Shown one piece after another: positions 46,450 through 55,149 of a DNA stretch of 64,000 nucleotides (within the stretch, counting starts at the first letter, position 1; every line of letters begins with the position of its first letter). The notes under the pieces are model-generated. The model had not been told where the DNA came from. It ran no database searches and saw only the letters and a list, made by a program, of their open reading frames with translations. This DNA comes from Chloroflexi bacterium bin20 (lineage in GTDB: Bacteria; Chloroflexota; Anaerolineae; Aggregatilineales; Phototrophicaceae), in assembly GCA_002238485.1 (NCBI GenBank), contig MPMG01000002.1, positions 52,689 through 116,688 on the forward strand, read 5' to 3'. The position numbers were made by a program, and so were the translations under genes.

Positions 46450-47712
46450 GTGGCAGGCGTGAATCAGGCGGCGGACACAGGGCTGGCGGCGCGGCTGAAT
46501 CGGCTGGTCGATTTTGCGCCTGTGCTGATCGCGTTGCTGCTGGCGCTGGTCGTGTCTTCCGTGCTGTTGGTCGCGCTGAATACCGACCCGCTGGCGGCTT
46601 TCGGATTCATGCTCGAGGGCGCTGTCGGCACCGAGAACGCTACGGCCGAGACCTTGGTCAAAGCCACGCCCATATTGTTCGTGGGCATCGGCATCACGAT
46701 CGCCTTCCGCGGCGGCATGATCAACATCGGCGGCGAAGGGCAGATGATCGCGGGCGCCTTGGCTGGCACGACTATGGCGCTTGCGCTGGGCGATGCGCGT
46801 ATTCCAGCCGAAATGGCGAAGACGCCCGGCGCGTTCGACTTGATTATCGTGACCAGCGCATTGATCGCCGGCTTCCTGGCAGGAGCGCTCTATGGCGGGC
46901 TGGCAGGATTTTTGAAAGCCTACTTCGGCGTCAACGAGATCCTCAGCACTATCATGCTCAACCAGATCGCCGTGCAGATGATGAACTTCCTGCTCAATGG
47001 TCCCTTGCTGGATCCAGCTGTGGCGGGCTTCAACAACATTCCCAAAACAGCGCGACTGGTTACCGCGGCGCAGCTGCCCCGACTGTCACTGCCGCTGGGC
47101 GATCCCTGGATCTTTGCCCGCACGCGCTTGCACTGGGGCTTGGTCGTCGCCATCGTGCTGGCGGTCGTCATCTATATCTTCTTGTGGCGGACTTCGCTGG
47201 GCTATCGCATCCGCGCGGTGGGCGAGAATGAACGGGCGTCCAGCTATGCCGGCATCAATGTCAAGCGGCAGATGATGCTGTCGATGTTCTTGGCCGGCGG
47301 TTTCGCTGGCTTGGCGGGCGTCGTACAGGTGCTGGGTTTGCAATATCGCTTGCAAACAGACGGCTCGCCAGCGGGCTTCACGGCGGCGGCTGGCTTCAAT
47401 GGCATTGTGGCGGCGCTCTTTGGCGGGCTGAACCCCATCGGCGCGATCCCGGCATCGGCATTCTTTGGCGGGCTGCTGGTCGGCGCGCAAAAAATGCAGC
47501 GCGAGATCGGCGTGCCAGCTTCCTTGATCACCGCGGTCAATGGTTTGATCGTCGTCTTTGTGGTCAGCAGCGAGATCTTCATTCTGCAGCGCAGCAAACG
47601 GCGCGTCAGCCTGCAAGAAACGCCGACAGCCCTCGGCCCCACCAAAGCAACAGAGACGGGGTCGGATCTGCCTGATTCTGCCAATGAAGCGACTGCGGAG
47701 GAGGCGAGCTGA
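46450..47712 (+). CDS. ABC transporter permease (BMP/nucleoside-sugar uptake type, YufP-like)
   Basis: About 10 TM segments, RbsC/LivH-fold permease pattern, C-terminal acidic tail. GTG 46450 or GTG 46459 as start. Confidence 0.75.
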   Translation: MAGVNQAADTGLAARLNRLVDFAPVLIALLLALVVSSVLLVALNTDPLAAFGFMLEGAVGTENATAETLVKATPILFVGIGITIAFRGGMINIGGEGQMIAGALAGTTMALALGDARIPAEMAKTPGAFDLIIVTSALIAGFLAGALYGGLAGFLKAYFGVNEILSTIMLNQIAVQMMNFLLNGPLLDPAVAGFNNIPKTARLVTAAQLPRLSLPLGDPWIFARTRLHWGLVVAIVLAVVIYIFLWRTSLGYRIRAVGENERASSYAGINVKRQMMLSMFLAGGFAGLAGVVQVLGLQYRLQTDGSPAGFTAAAGFNGIVAALFGGLNPIGAIPASAFFGGLLVGAQKMQREIGVPASLITAVNGLIVVFVVSSEIFILQRSKRRVSLQETPTALGPTKATETGSDLPDSANEATAEEAS

Positions 47713-48662
47713 TGGGCTTGGACGACATTTTCACCGCCAGCGTCTTTGCCTCTGCGATTCGCTTGGCGACGCCCTATATCTTTGCGGCCTTGGGCGAGAC
47801 CTTTGCCCAGCGCAGCGGCGTGCTGAATCTGGGCGTGGATGGCATCATGTTGATGGGCGCCTTTGGCGGCTTCTATGCGGTGCATCTGGCCCAGACTGCC
47901 GGCGTCATGGCCGAACCCCTGGGCTTGCTGATGGGTGTGCTGGTGGCGCTGATCGTGGGCGGGCTGATGGGCTTGGCGATGGCTTTCGTCAGCGTAACCC
48001 TGAAAGCCAAACAAGGCATCAGCGGCATCGGCGTCTATCTGTTCGGCTTGGGATTGAGCGAGCTGCTCTTCCAGCAGTGGGTGGGCACGCCCAAGTCAGT
48101 AGCGGGCTTCCCGCGCATCAGCTTCCCCATCCTCACAGACATTCCCATCCTGGGCGAGATATTCTTCCATCACAATCTGCTGGTCTATGTGGCTTTTGCG
48201 CTGGTGCCGCTTTCGGCATTCGTGCTCAATCGAACGACCTTTGGCTTGATGATCCGCGCGGTGGGGCAAAATCCCGAAGCAGCCGATGCCATGGGCGTCA
48301 GCGTGGCGCGCGTTCGTTATGCCACGACCACCATCGGCGGCATGCTGGCTGGCTTGGCGGGAGCATCGCTGTCTATCGCGCTGATCAATCTGTTCCAGCA
48401 GAACCTCACCGCCGGGCAAGGCTTCATCGCTGTTGCGCTGGTCTACTTCGGCGGCTGGAGACCGCTGGCGGTGGCGGCCGGCGCGATGCTCTTCAGCTTC
48501 GTCAACGCGCTGCAGTTACAGATCAAGGTCATCGGCGCAGATATCCCATCGGAATTCGCGGTGATGGCACCCTATGTCATCACCATCATCGCCCTGGTCT
48601 TCGCCACCAAACGTCAGGAACAACCGACCGCGCTGACCAAGCCCTATGAGCGCGGCGAATGA
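47712..48662 (+). CDS. ABC transporter permease (YufQ-like)
   Basis: Multi-TM paralogue of the previous gene. ATG overlaps the upstream stop (TGATG). Confidence 0.75.
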   Translation: MGLDDIFTASVFASAIRLATPYIFAALGETFAQRSGVLNLGVDGIMLMGAFGGFYAVHLAQTAGVMAEPLGLLMGVLVALIVGGLMGLAMAFVSVTLKAKQGISGIGVYLFGLGLSELLFQQWVGTPKSVAGFPRISFPILTDIPILGEIFFHHNLLVYVAFALVPLSAFVLNRTTFGLMIRAVGQNPEAADAMGVSVARVRYATTTIGGMLAGLAGASLSIALINLFQQNLTAGQGFIAVALVYFGGWRPLAVAAGAMLFSFVNALQLQIKVIGADIPSEFAVMAPYVITIIALVFATKRQEQPTALTKPYERGE

Positions 48663-48732
48663 GTTATAGTCGAAATTGGGCCTAAGCTGCCCGCAGTGAT
48701 CACATGGCAACTAAAAAAAGGAGACCAACGCC

Positions 48733-49623
48733 ATGAAGAAAGCACTACTGCTCACCCTTGTCATCGCTCTTTTCGTCGGAGTGATGCCCAGCCTAGCGCA
48801 AGACGATGTCTTCCGTGTCGCAGCGGTCGCGCCCAGCGCTACCAACGACCTCGCCTTCAGCCAAAGCATGCACGATGCGCTGATGGCGATACAAATGCAA
48901 ATGGGAGAAGATGCCTTCCAGTTCGACTTCCAGGATGGCACGTTCATCGTCGATGATGCCGCCGTCGCCCTGCGCGAGTGGGCTGCCAGCGGCGACTATG
49001 ACCTCGTCATCGCGCATGGCTCGCAATTTGGCTCGGTGGTCGAAGAACTGGCGGCGGAATTCCCAGAAGTGTCTTTTGCCTGGGGCACCGACTTCAACAC
49101 CTTTGGCATGGACAATGTATCTGCCTATACGGCGGCGGCTGACCAGGGCGGTTTCGTCAACGGCGTTATGGCCGGCTTGATGACCGAGTCGGGCGTTATT
49201 GGCGTTGTCGGTCCTATCGAAGTGGGCGATGCCAAACTGTATGTGGATGGCTTTGTAGCTGGCGTCGGCGCATCCAACCCCGAAGCCACGGTCAATGTCG
49301 TGTACATCCAGTCCTTCAGCGATGTCCCGCAGGCTACCGAAGCGGCGGAAACACATATCGCCAATGGCGCGGATATCTTGACCGGCACCGCGCAAATGGT
49401 CGTTGGTCCCATCGCCATCGCAAATGAGAATGGCGCGCGCTGGTTCGGCACACAAGCCAGCCAGGCCGAGCTTGCCCAAGGCGCAGGCGTCGCCTTCCAG
49501 GTCTACAAGTGGGATGTCGTCTTGTCAGAGATCGTCGCCAATATCCAGGCAGGCGACCTGGGCGGACAATCCTACGAATTGACCTTGGCAAACGGCGGCC
49601 TGGTCATGGAGTTTGATGCCTAG
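48733..49623 (+). CDS. BMP-family ABC transporter substrate-binding protein
   Basis: Signal peptide MKKALLLTLVIALFVGVMPSLAQ, FRVAAVAPSATNDLAFSQS, and GFVNGVMAGLMTESGVIGVVG typical of the Bmp/PnrA/Med family. AAGGAGA RBS. Confidence 0.7.
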   Translation: MKKALLLTLVIALFVGVMPSLAQDDVFRVAAVAPSATNDLAFSQSMHDALMAIQMQMGEDAFQFDFQDGTFIVDDAAVALREWAASGDYDLVIAHGSQFGSVVEELAAEFPEVSFAWGTDFNTFGMDNVSAYTAAADQGGFVNGVMAGLMTESGVIGVVGPIEVGDAKLYVDGFVAGVGASNPEATVNVVYIQSFSDVPQATEAAETHIANGADILTGTAQMVVGPIAIANENGARWFGTQASQAELAQGAGVAFQVYKWDVVLSEIVANIQAGDLGGQSYELTLANGGLVMEFDA

Positions 49624-49633
49624 ATCGTCACAG

Positions 49634-49726
49634 CCCCTCAGTCCCCTCGATTAGTCGGGGGGAAGTGAGCTACGCGCAATCTACAGATTTAGCCCCCCCC
49701 ATTGATATGGGGGGACCGAGGGGGGT
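49634..49726. repeat. two module-Y hairpins in inverted orientation
   Basis: cccctcagtcccctcgattagtcggggggaag (forward) and ccccccccattgatatggggggaccgaggggggt (reverse), between the SBP and ATPase genes. Confidence 0.8.
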
Positions 49727-49739
49727 AGACAGGGCAGAA

Positions 49740-51290
49740 ATGAGCCAAACCGAGAACCAACTGCTGCCCACGGGCCATGCGCGCATCGACAGCCTGACCA
49801 TGTCGGGCATCGTCAAGCGCTTCCCCGGCGTGCTGGCGGCTGACGAGATCGACTTTGATGTCCGCTCCGGCGAGATCCACGCGCTGCTGGGCGAAAATGG
49901 CGCGGGCAAATCCACGCTGATGAAGATGCTCTACGGGCTTTACCACCCCGATGAGGGCGAGATCCGCATCAATGACGCGCCCACCATCATCAAGAGCCCG
50001 ATCGATGCCATTCAGCACGGCATCGGCATGATCCACCAGCACTTCATGCTCGTGCCATCTTTGACCGTAGCAGAAAATATCGCGCTGGGCATGAAGTCGT
50101 CGCGCGGCTTCCAGCTCGATCTGGATGTCGTCAGCCAGCGCGTGCTCGAGCTCTCCGATATCTACAACCTCAAGGTCGACCCACACTTGCCGATCTGGCA
50201 GCTGGCGGTTGGCGAGCAGCAGCGCGTGGAGATCTTGCGCGCGCTCTACAAAGGCGCGGCTTTGTTGATTTTGGACGAGCCAACGGCGGTGCTCACGCCA
50301 CAGGAAGTCGATGGACTCTTCCGCATTTTGAATCAGCTGGCGGCGGATGGCCACGGACTGGTCTTCATCTCGCACAAGCTGCACGAGGTGCTGGAGATCA
50401 GCCACCGGGTCACAGTCCTGCGCGATGGGCGGCGCGTCAACACCATCCCCACCAGCCAAGCCACCCGCCCCAAACTCGCCGAGATGATGGTGGGGCGTCC
50501 GGTGCTGCTGGAATACGAGAAGAACCCGCTCCAAGCGCGCGATGACCGGCTGGCGCTGCAGGATGTCAGCGCCTTGAGCAACCGCGGCACGACCGGTCTC
50601 GATGCGGTGTCGTTGCAGTTGCGTGGCGGCGAGATCGTGGGCATCGCCGGCGTTTCGGGCAATGGCCAGCAAGAACTGGCGCAGTGCATCACCGGCTTGC
50701 GCGAGGTAACTGCGGGCAGCGTGACGGTCGATGGCAGCGATGTCACCAATGCGCCGCCAGCCGCCCTGCACGCCATCGGCTTATCCTACATCCCCGAAGA
50801 GCGCATGATCGACGGCGTCATCAAGGAGTTCAGCGTCGCCGAGAATTATGTGCTGCAAGACCATGGCCACCCCAAATACACCACCGCTCGCATCTTTATG
50901 CTCTTCAACAAGATCCGCCAAGCCTGCCGGCGCGCCATCCAGCAATTTGAAATCAAGACGCCCAGCACAGAAACGCTGGTCAAGAGTCTCTCGGGCGGCA
51001 ACATCCAGAAGCTGGTGCTGGCCCGAGAGCTTTCGCGCGATCCCGGCGTGCTCATCGCTGCGCAGCCCACCCGCGGCGTCGACATTGGCGCGACTGAATA
51101 TATCCACAAGCAGCTGCTGGAAGAGCGCGACAAAGGCACCGCCATTTTGCTCATCAGCGAAGACCTCGATGAGATCCGCGCGCTGTCCGACCGCATCGCC
51201 GTCATGTACGAGGGGCGCATCGTCGGCGAGGTCGTCAACGACAATGTCGATGTCGAGCAGCTGGGTCTGCTGATGACGGGCGGGGTGTAG
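49740..51290 (+). CDS. ABC transporter ATP-binding protein, two cassettes (sugar/nucleoside type)
   Basis: GENGAGKST, QRVEILRAL, ILDEPTAVL, a second cassette with LSGGNIQK, and LISEDLDE. Start moved to ATG 49740 because ORF-track codons 49665-49739 are repeat sequence. Confidence 0.85.
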   Translation: MSQTENQLLPTGHARIDSLTMSGIVKRFPGVLAADEIDFDVRSGEIHALLGENGAGKSTLMKMLYGLYHPDEGEIRINDAPTIIKSPIDAIQHGIGMIHQHFMLVPSLTVAENIALGMKSSRGFQLDLDVVSQRVLELSDIYNLKVDPHLPIWQLAVGEQQRVEILRALYKGAALLILDEPTAVLTPQEVDGLFRILNQLAADGHGLVFISHKLHEVLEISHRVTVLRDGRRVNTIPTSQATRPKLAEMMVGRPVLLEYEKNPLQARDDRLALQDVSALSNRGTTGLDAVSLQLRGGEIVGIAGVSGNGQQELAQCITGLREVTAGSVTVDGSDVTNAPPAALHAIGLSYIPEERMIDGVIKEFSVAENYVLQDHGHPKYTTARIFMLFNKIRQACRRAIQQFEIKTPSTETLVKSLSGGNIQKLVLARELSRDPGVLIAAQPTRGVDIGATEYIHKQLLEERDKGTAILLISEDLDEIRALSDRIAVMYEGRIVGEVVNDNVDVEQLGLLMTGGV

Positions 51291-51297
51291 GCGCAAT

Positions 51298-52014
51298 CTA
51301 TTCGCCGCTTTCCTGCCACGCGCCGTCTACTTTTGTCCAACCGAAGGGCGGCTCGGGCAAACAAGTAGCGCCGTATTCCAATTCGTCTGGCTGGTCTTCG
51401 AAGGCAACATGAACCGGTTTGCCTGTCAAGCCGCTCACAAACTCACCGAGAACCAGCTCGGTTTCTTCTTTGGCTTTTTCAAGTATGCCCAGCTCTTTAC
51501 TATCCTCAATAAACAATTTGACCGCCTCGTAGCGACCCAGCTCTTCAAGCAATTCCCAGTCTCTTCCGCCTAAGGCGAAGGATTGGTCTGATTGTCTCAG
51601 CCGCACAATCGTACAGTTGGTAATGGTCGGGTGCGGAACGAGCAGTGTGCAAGTTTCTTCACAACGCAAACTGTCGGACCTGATTTCCGTGAAGTCGATG
51701 CCGGCTTCGATGATGCCCTCTGCCTGGTGGTCGCCGCCGTAGCTGGCAAATTCGTCGAAGCGCGTAAAGCCTCGCTTTATGCCCACATGGACATCTCGTG
51801 TATGCGGATCGCTGGTCACGGTCACCAGTCTGCCGATCCCGCGCAGGCTGGATAGAATGACACGGCTCGAAATGACTTCCGCCGTCGCGGGTTGCGCAGC
51901 CAGGCGATCCATCAGCTTCGCGAGCGATGTCGTCATTGGCCTAATAACGAATAACACGATCAACAGGACAAGCGCGCATTTTACCAAGTCTATGCTTGCC
52001 TTCAGCTTGTCCAT
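51298..52014 (-). CDS. DUF4230-like membrane-anchored protein (function unknown)
   Basis: One N-terminal TM segment (ALVLLIVLFVI) followed by a roughly 200-aa domain whose pattern recalls DUF4230. AGGAGA RBS. Locally low GC (47% on one hand-counted 60-nt line). Confidence 0.45.
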   Translation of the reverse strand: MDKLKASIDLVKCALVLLIVLFVIRPMTTSLAKLMDRLAAQPATAEVISSRVILSSLRGIGRLVTVTSDPHTRDVHVGIKRGFTRFDEFASYGGDHQAEGIIEAGIDFTEIRSDSLRCEETCTLLVPHPTITNCTIVRLRQSDQSFALGGRDWELLEELGRYEAVKLFIEDSKELGILEKAKEETELVLGEFVSGLTGKPVHVAFEDQPDELEYGATCLPEPPFGWTKVDGAWQESGE

Positions 52015-52189
52015 AGATAAAGTCTCCTACAGGAACAATTAGGGGCGATTAGGTTTCATGCGCAGATTATGGTCAATCTGCTGGCCTATCGCCACGCCAG
52101 TTTACGCCCTCGCTCGCTCTTTCAACGTTGTGTAGGCACAAAAATCCTCTGTGCGCTCTGTGCCTCTGTGGTGAATGACTCGCATCCCC

Positions 52190-52217
52190 TTGCCACATCC
52201 CGCGCAGGCTATACAAT
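52190..52217 (+). promoter_or_regulatory. sigma70-like promoter (TTGCCA-16-TACAAT)
   Basis: ttgcca catcccgcgcaggcta tacaat, about 30 nt upstream of ATG 52246. Confidence 0.4.
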
Positions 52218-52245
52218 ATGCGCCTGATAAACCGAATCTGGAGAA

Positions 52246-53121
52246 ATGCAAATGAAAACAGCAACTGGCAACTTTCCTCTGGGCTGGCGGCGGCGCAATT
52301 TCAGCTGGGAGCAGGACACAGCGAGCATGATCAACTGGGCGCTGGAAAATGATCTGGAAGTCATCGACCTGGGGCAAGACGCCGATAAAGACGCCCGCGC
52401 CGTCATCGAGGCGGGCTTGCGGGTGGGCAGCGCCGATCTCTGCGTCTGGCAAGCGATGATGTCGCCCGATGCCGGCGAGCGCCGCGCTGCCGTCGCAGAA
52501 AATGCCGATTACATCCAGCGCTGCGTCGATGCGGGCGTCAAGACCTTTTTTATCTGCATGGTCCCGCAAGACCCGGCCCGTCCACGCAGCGAAAACTTCG
52601 CCTGGATGGTGGAAAGTTATGGCGAGCTGCGCGCGACCTTCGAAGCCAATGACGCCTATCTGGTCATCGAGGGCTGGCCCGGTCCCGGTTCGCTGGTTTG
52701 CACGCCCGAGACCTACCGCGCATTCATCGAGCAAGTCGGCTCGGCGAATATGGGCGTGAATTATGATCCATCGCATTTGCTGCGCATGGGCATCGACCCC
52801 ATCCGCTTCCTGAAAGAATTCGTGGGGCATGTCTTCCATGTGCACGGCAAGGATTGCATGATCGTCGACGAGAACTTGTATCAATACGGCAACTTGCAAG
52901 CAGCGACATTCGCCAAAAGCTACAAATACGGCGGCATGAACTGGCGCTACACCATCCCCGGGCATGGCTTGTCGGATTGGAAGATCATCCTGGGCATCTT
53001 GCGCGACAGTGGCTACGACGGCTGCATCAGCATCGAGCTGGAAGACCACTATTACGATGACAGCGAAGCCGAGCAAAAGCTGGGCGTGCTGCAAGGCGTG
53101 AAGTTCCTGGCGGGCTCGTAA
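52246..53121 (+). CDS. sugar phosphate isomerase/epimerase (xylose isomerase-like TIM barrel)
   Basis: 291 aa. Overall AP_endonuc_2/TIM-barrel pattern (VNYDPSHL, HVHGKD, ISIELED). GGAGA RBS. Confidence 0.7.
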   Translation: MQMKTATGNFPLGWRRRNFSWEQDTASMINWALENDLEVIDLGQDADKDARAVIEAGLRVGSADLCVWQAMMSPDAGERRAAVAENADYIQRCVDAGVKTFFICMVPQDPARPRSENFAWMVESYGELRATFEANDAYLVIEGWPGPGSLVCTPETYRAFIEQVGSANMGVNYDPSHLLRMGIDPIRFLKEFVGHVFHVHGKDCMIVDENLYQYGNLQAATFAKSYKYGGMNWRYTIPGHGLSDWKIILGILRDSGYDGCISIELEDHYYDDSEAEQKLGVLQGVKFLAGS

Positions 53122-53126
53122 ACGCC

Positions 53127-54026
53127 ATGACTGACAACAGGCAGGTCGCGGTAGTCGGCTTGGGCAATATGGGCATGGGCATGGCGAAGAACCTGTTGGC
53201 GGCGGGATTCGCTGTGCGCGGCTGTGATCTGCGCGCCGAACGTTTGCAGATGCTGCATGAAATGGGCGGCGAAGCAGCGCAGGATCTGACGCAGTTGGCA
53301 GACAGCCAAATCGTCTTTGTGATGGTGATGAGCGGCGGACAAGCGCTGGATGTCGTGAGCAGGGCTGGCGGCCTGCGCGAATGCCTGGCGCCGGGCGCGA
53401 CCATCATCATCACAGCCACGATAGAGCCATCCGAAATGCGCGAGGCGGCGGCGGCATTGGCGGGCAGCGGCATCGATCTCATCGACAGTCCGGTCAGTGG
53501 CGGGCAATTTGGCGCGGAATCGGGCACATTGACGATGATGGCGGCGGGCAAAGCCGAGGTGATGACACGTTGTCGGGCGGCGCTGGAGGCGGTCGGCGGG
53601 CAGATCTTTCATGTCGGCGAAGATATCGGCATGGGGCAGGTGATCAAAGCATCGCTGCAAGCCTACATCGGCGTCAGCTTCGTGGGCATCTTCGAGGCGC
53701 TGGCATTGGGCGCGCGGGCGGGCATCCCCGGCAAGACTCTCTTTGAGGTCTTCAGCAGCACGCATGTCGGCAACAGTCCCTTCTTCAAGAATTGCGCCCA
53801 GTTGATCCTCGACCGCCAGTTTGAAGACAGTGGCAGCCACATCGGCACCATGGTCAAAGACCTGGGCATCAGCATGCAGCTGGCGCGTGAAAATAGCTTG
53901 CCGCTCTTTGCCACCAGCGCGGCGCAGCAGCTATTCCAGGCCGGCATATCCCTGCATCCCAATGGCGACAATTGGTCGATCGTTCAGTTTTTGGAGAGTT
54001 TCACGGGCTCCGAAGTAAGTTGGTGA
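53127..54026 (+). CDS. NAD(P)-dependent beta-hydroxyacid dehydrogenase (3-hydroxyisobutyrate/6PGDH-like)
   Basis: VAVVGLGNMGMGMAKNLL dinucleotide fold, DSPVSGG, 299 aa. Confidence 0.85.
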   Translation: MTDNRQVAVVGLGNMGMGMAKNLLAAGFAVRGCDLRAERLQMLHEMGGEAAQDLTQLADSQIVFVMVMSGGQALDVVSRAGGLRECLAPGATIIITATIEPSEMREAAAALAGSGIDLIDSPVSGGQFGAESGTLTMMAAGKAEVMTRCRAALEAVGGQIFHVGEDIGMGQVIKASLQAYIGVSFVGIFEALALGARAGIPGKTLFEVFSSTHVGNSPFFKNCAQLILDRQFEDSGSHIGTMVKDLGISMQLARENSLPLFATSAAQQLFQAGISLHPNGDNWSIVQFLESFTGSEVSW

Positions 54027-54049
54027 GAGACTCAAATCACCGACGGCGA

Positions 54050-54210
54050 TGCAGGGGCGAGCCGTTGGGTCGCCCGCCGCATATTCGTCTCATTACGGGA
54101 GTATCTATTTTCGTGTATATGGGGCTTTCCCCATCCCCCCGACATGCGTAGAAATCCGCGCGCGCACTTTGCCTCCCCCCGACTTTTCGGGGGGACTGAG
54201 GGGGGTAGAC
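54050..54210. repeat. module X half-element (54050-54075) plus reverse-oriented module Y hairpin (54172-54210)
   Basis: tgcaggggcgagccgttgggtcgccc and cctccccccgacttttcggggggactgaggggggtagac. Confidence 0.75.
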
Positions 54211-54282
54211 ATTTGCCTGGGCTGACTTCTGCGCACATTGCGTTAGAATGATGGGCAATCGCGTCACCGGAGAGACAGCAGC

Positions 54283-55149
54283 ATGGCGAAACTGGGCGTA
54301 ATCACCGATGGCATCAGCCGCGACTTTGAGCAGGCCTTGGCAGTCATCAATGAAACCGGGCTGACTTGCGCAGAGTTGCAATATCTGTGGGATGTCGAAG
54401 TCGGCGACTTGTCCGATGCGCAGTTGGATCGCGTGCAGCGGCTGGTCGCGGCGCATGGCGTCGAAGTATCATGCATATCGCGGCATATCTTTGGCGGTTT
54501 GGCGCTGGGCGAGCTGGAGACCGATTCGCCCGCCTACATGGAACAGTTGGCGGCTTTGCAACGTTGCATCGACATGGCGAAGGCCCTGGACAGCCCCTTG
54601 GTGCGCATCATGAGCTTTCGCAAAGAGATGATCCTCTTTGGCAGCCAGGGCGCAGAGCAATGGGTGGTATCGCGCGGGGCATGGGACAAGCTGAAGGCGA
54701 TGCTGCTGCCGGCGCTGGAAATCGCGGCTGAGCGCGGTCTGCGGCTGGTGGTCGAGACGGGCAACAACGCCATGATCAACTCGGCCTGGCTGGCGCGCAA
54801 GCTCATCGACGAGTTGAGCAGCGAGCATCTGCAAACATTGTGGGACCCTGCCAACAGCCTGTATTGCGCCGAAAGTCCCTATCCAGCGGGCTATGAGGCT
54901 TTGCGTGGCAGCGGCTTGGGACACATCCACATCAAGGATGTCCTGGTCGATATGCCAAAAGCGCGCGTCGATTGTGTGCCCCTGGGCAGCGGGCAGATGG
55001 CGCCCTACCTGGAGCAGATCGCCGTGGCATTGGCTGCCGATGGCTATGCCGGCAGCGTGTCGCTGGAATCGGTGTATCGTCCGCACGCTGGCAGCTTCGC
55101 CGATGGATTTCGCGCGTCAATCGACAAGTTCAAAGCGCTCTTCAGCTGA
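54283..55149 (+). CDS. sugar phosphate isomerase/epimerase (TIM barrel)
   Basis: 288 aa. LRLVVETGN, WDPANS, HIHIKD and SLESVY fit the TIM-barrel isomerase family. GGAGAGA RBS. Confidence 0.7.
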   Translation: MAKLGVITDGISRDFEQALAVINETGLTCAELQYLWDVEVGDLSDAQLDRVQRLVAAHGVEVSCISRHIFGGLALGELETDSPAYMEQLAALQRCIDMAKALDSPLVRIMSFRKEMILFGSQGAEQWVVSRGAWDKLKAMLLPALEIAAERGLRLVVETGNNAMINSAWLARKLIDELSSEHLQTLWDPANSLYCAESPYPAGYEALRGSGLGHIHIKDVLVDMPKARVDCVPLGSGQMAPYLEQIAVALAADGYAGSVSLESVYRPHAGSFADGFRASIDKFKALFS

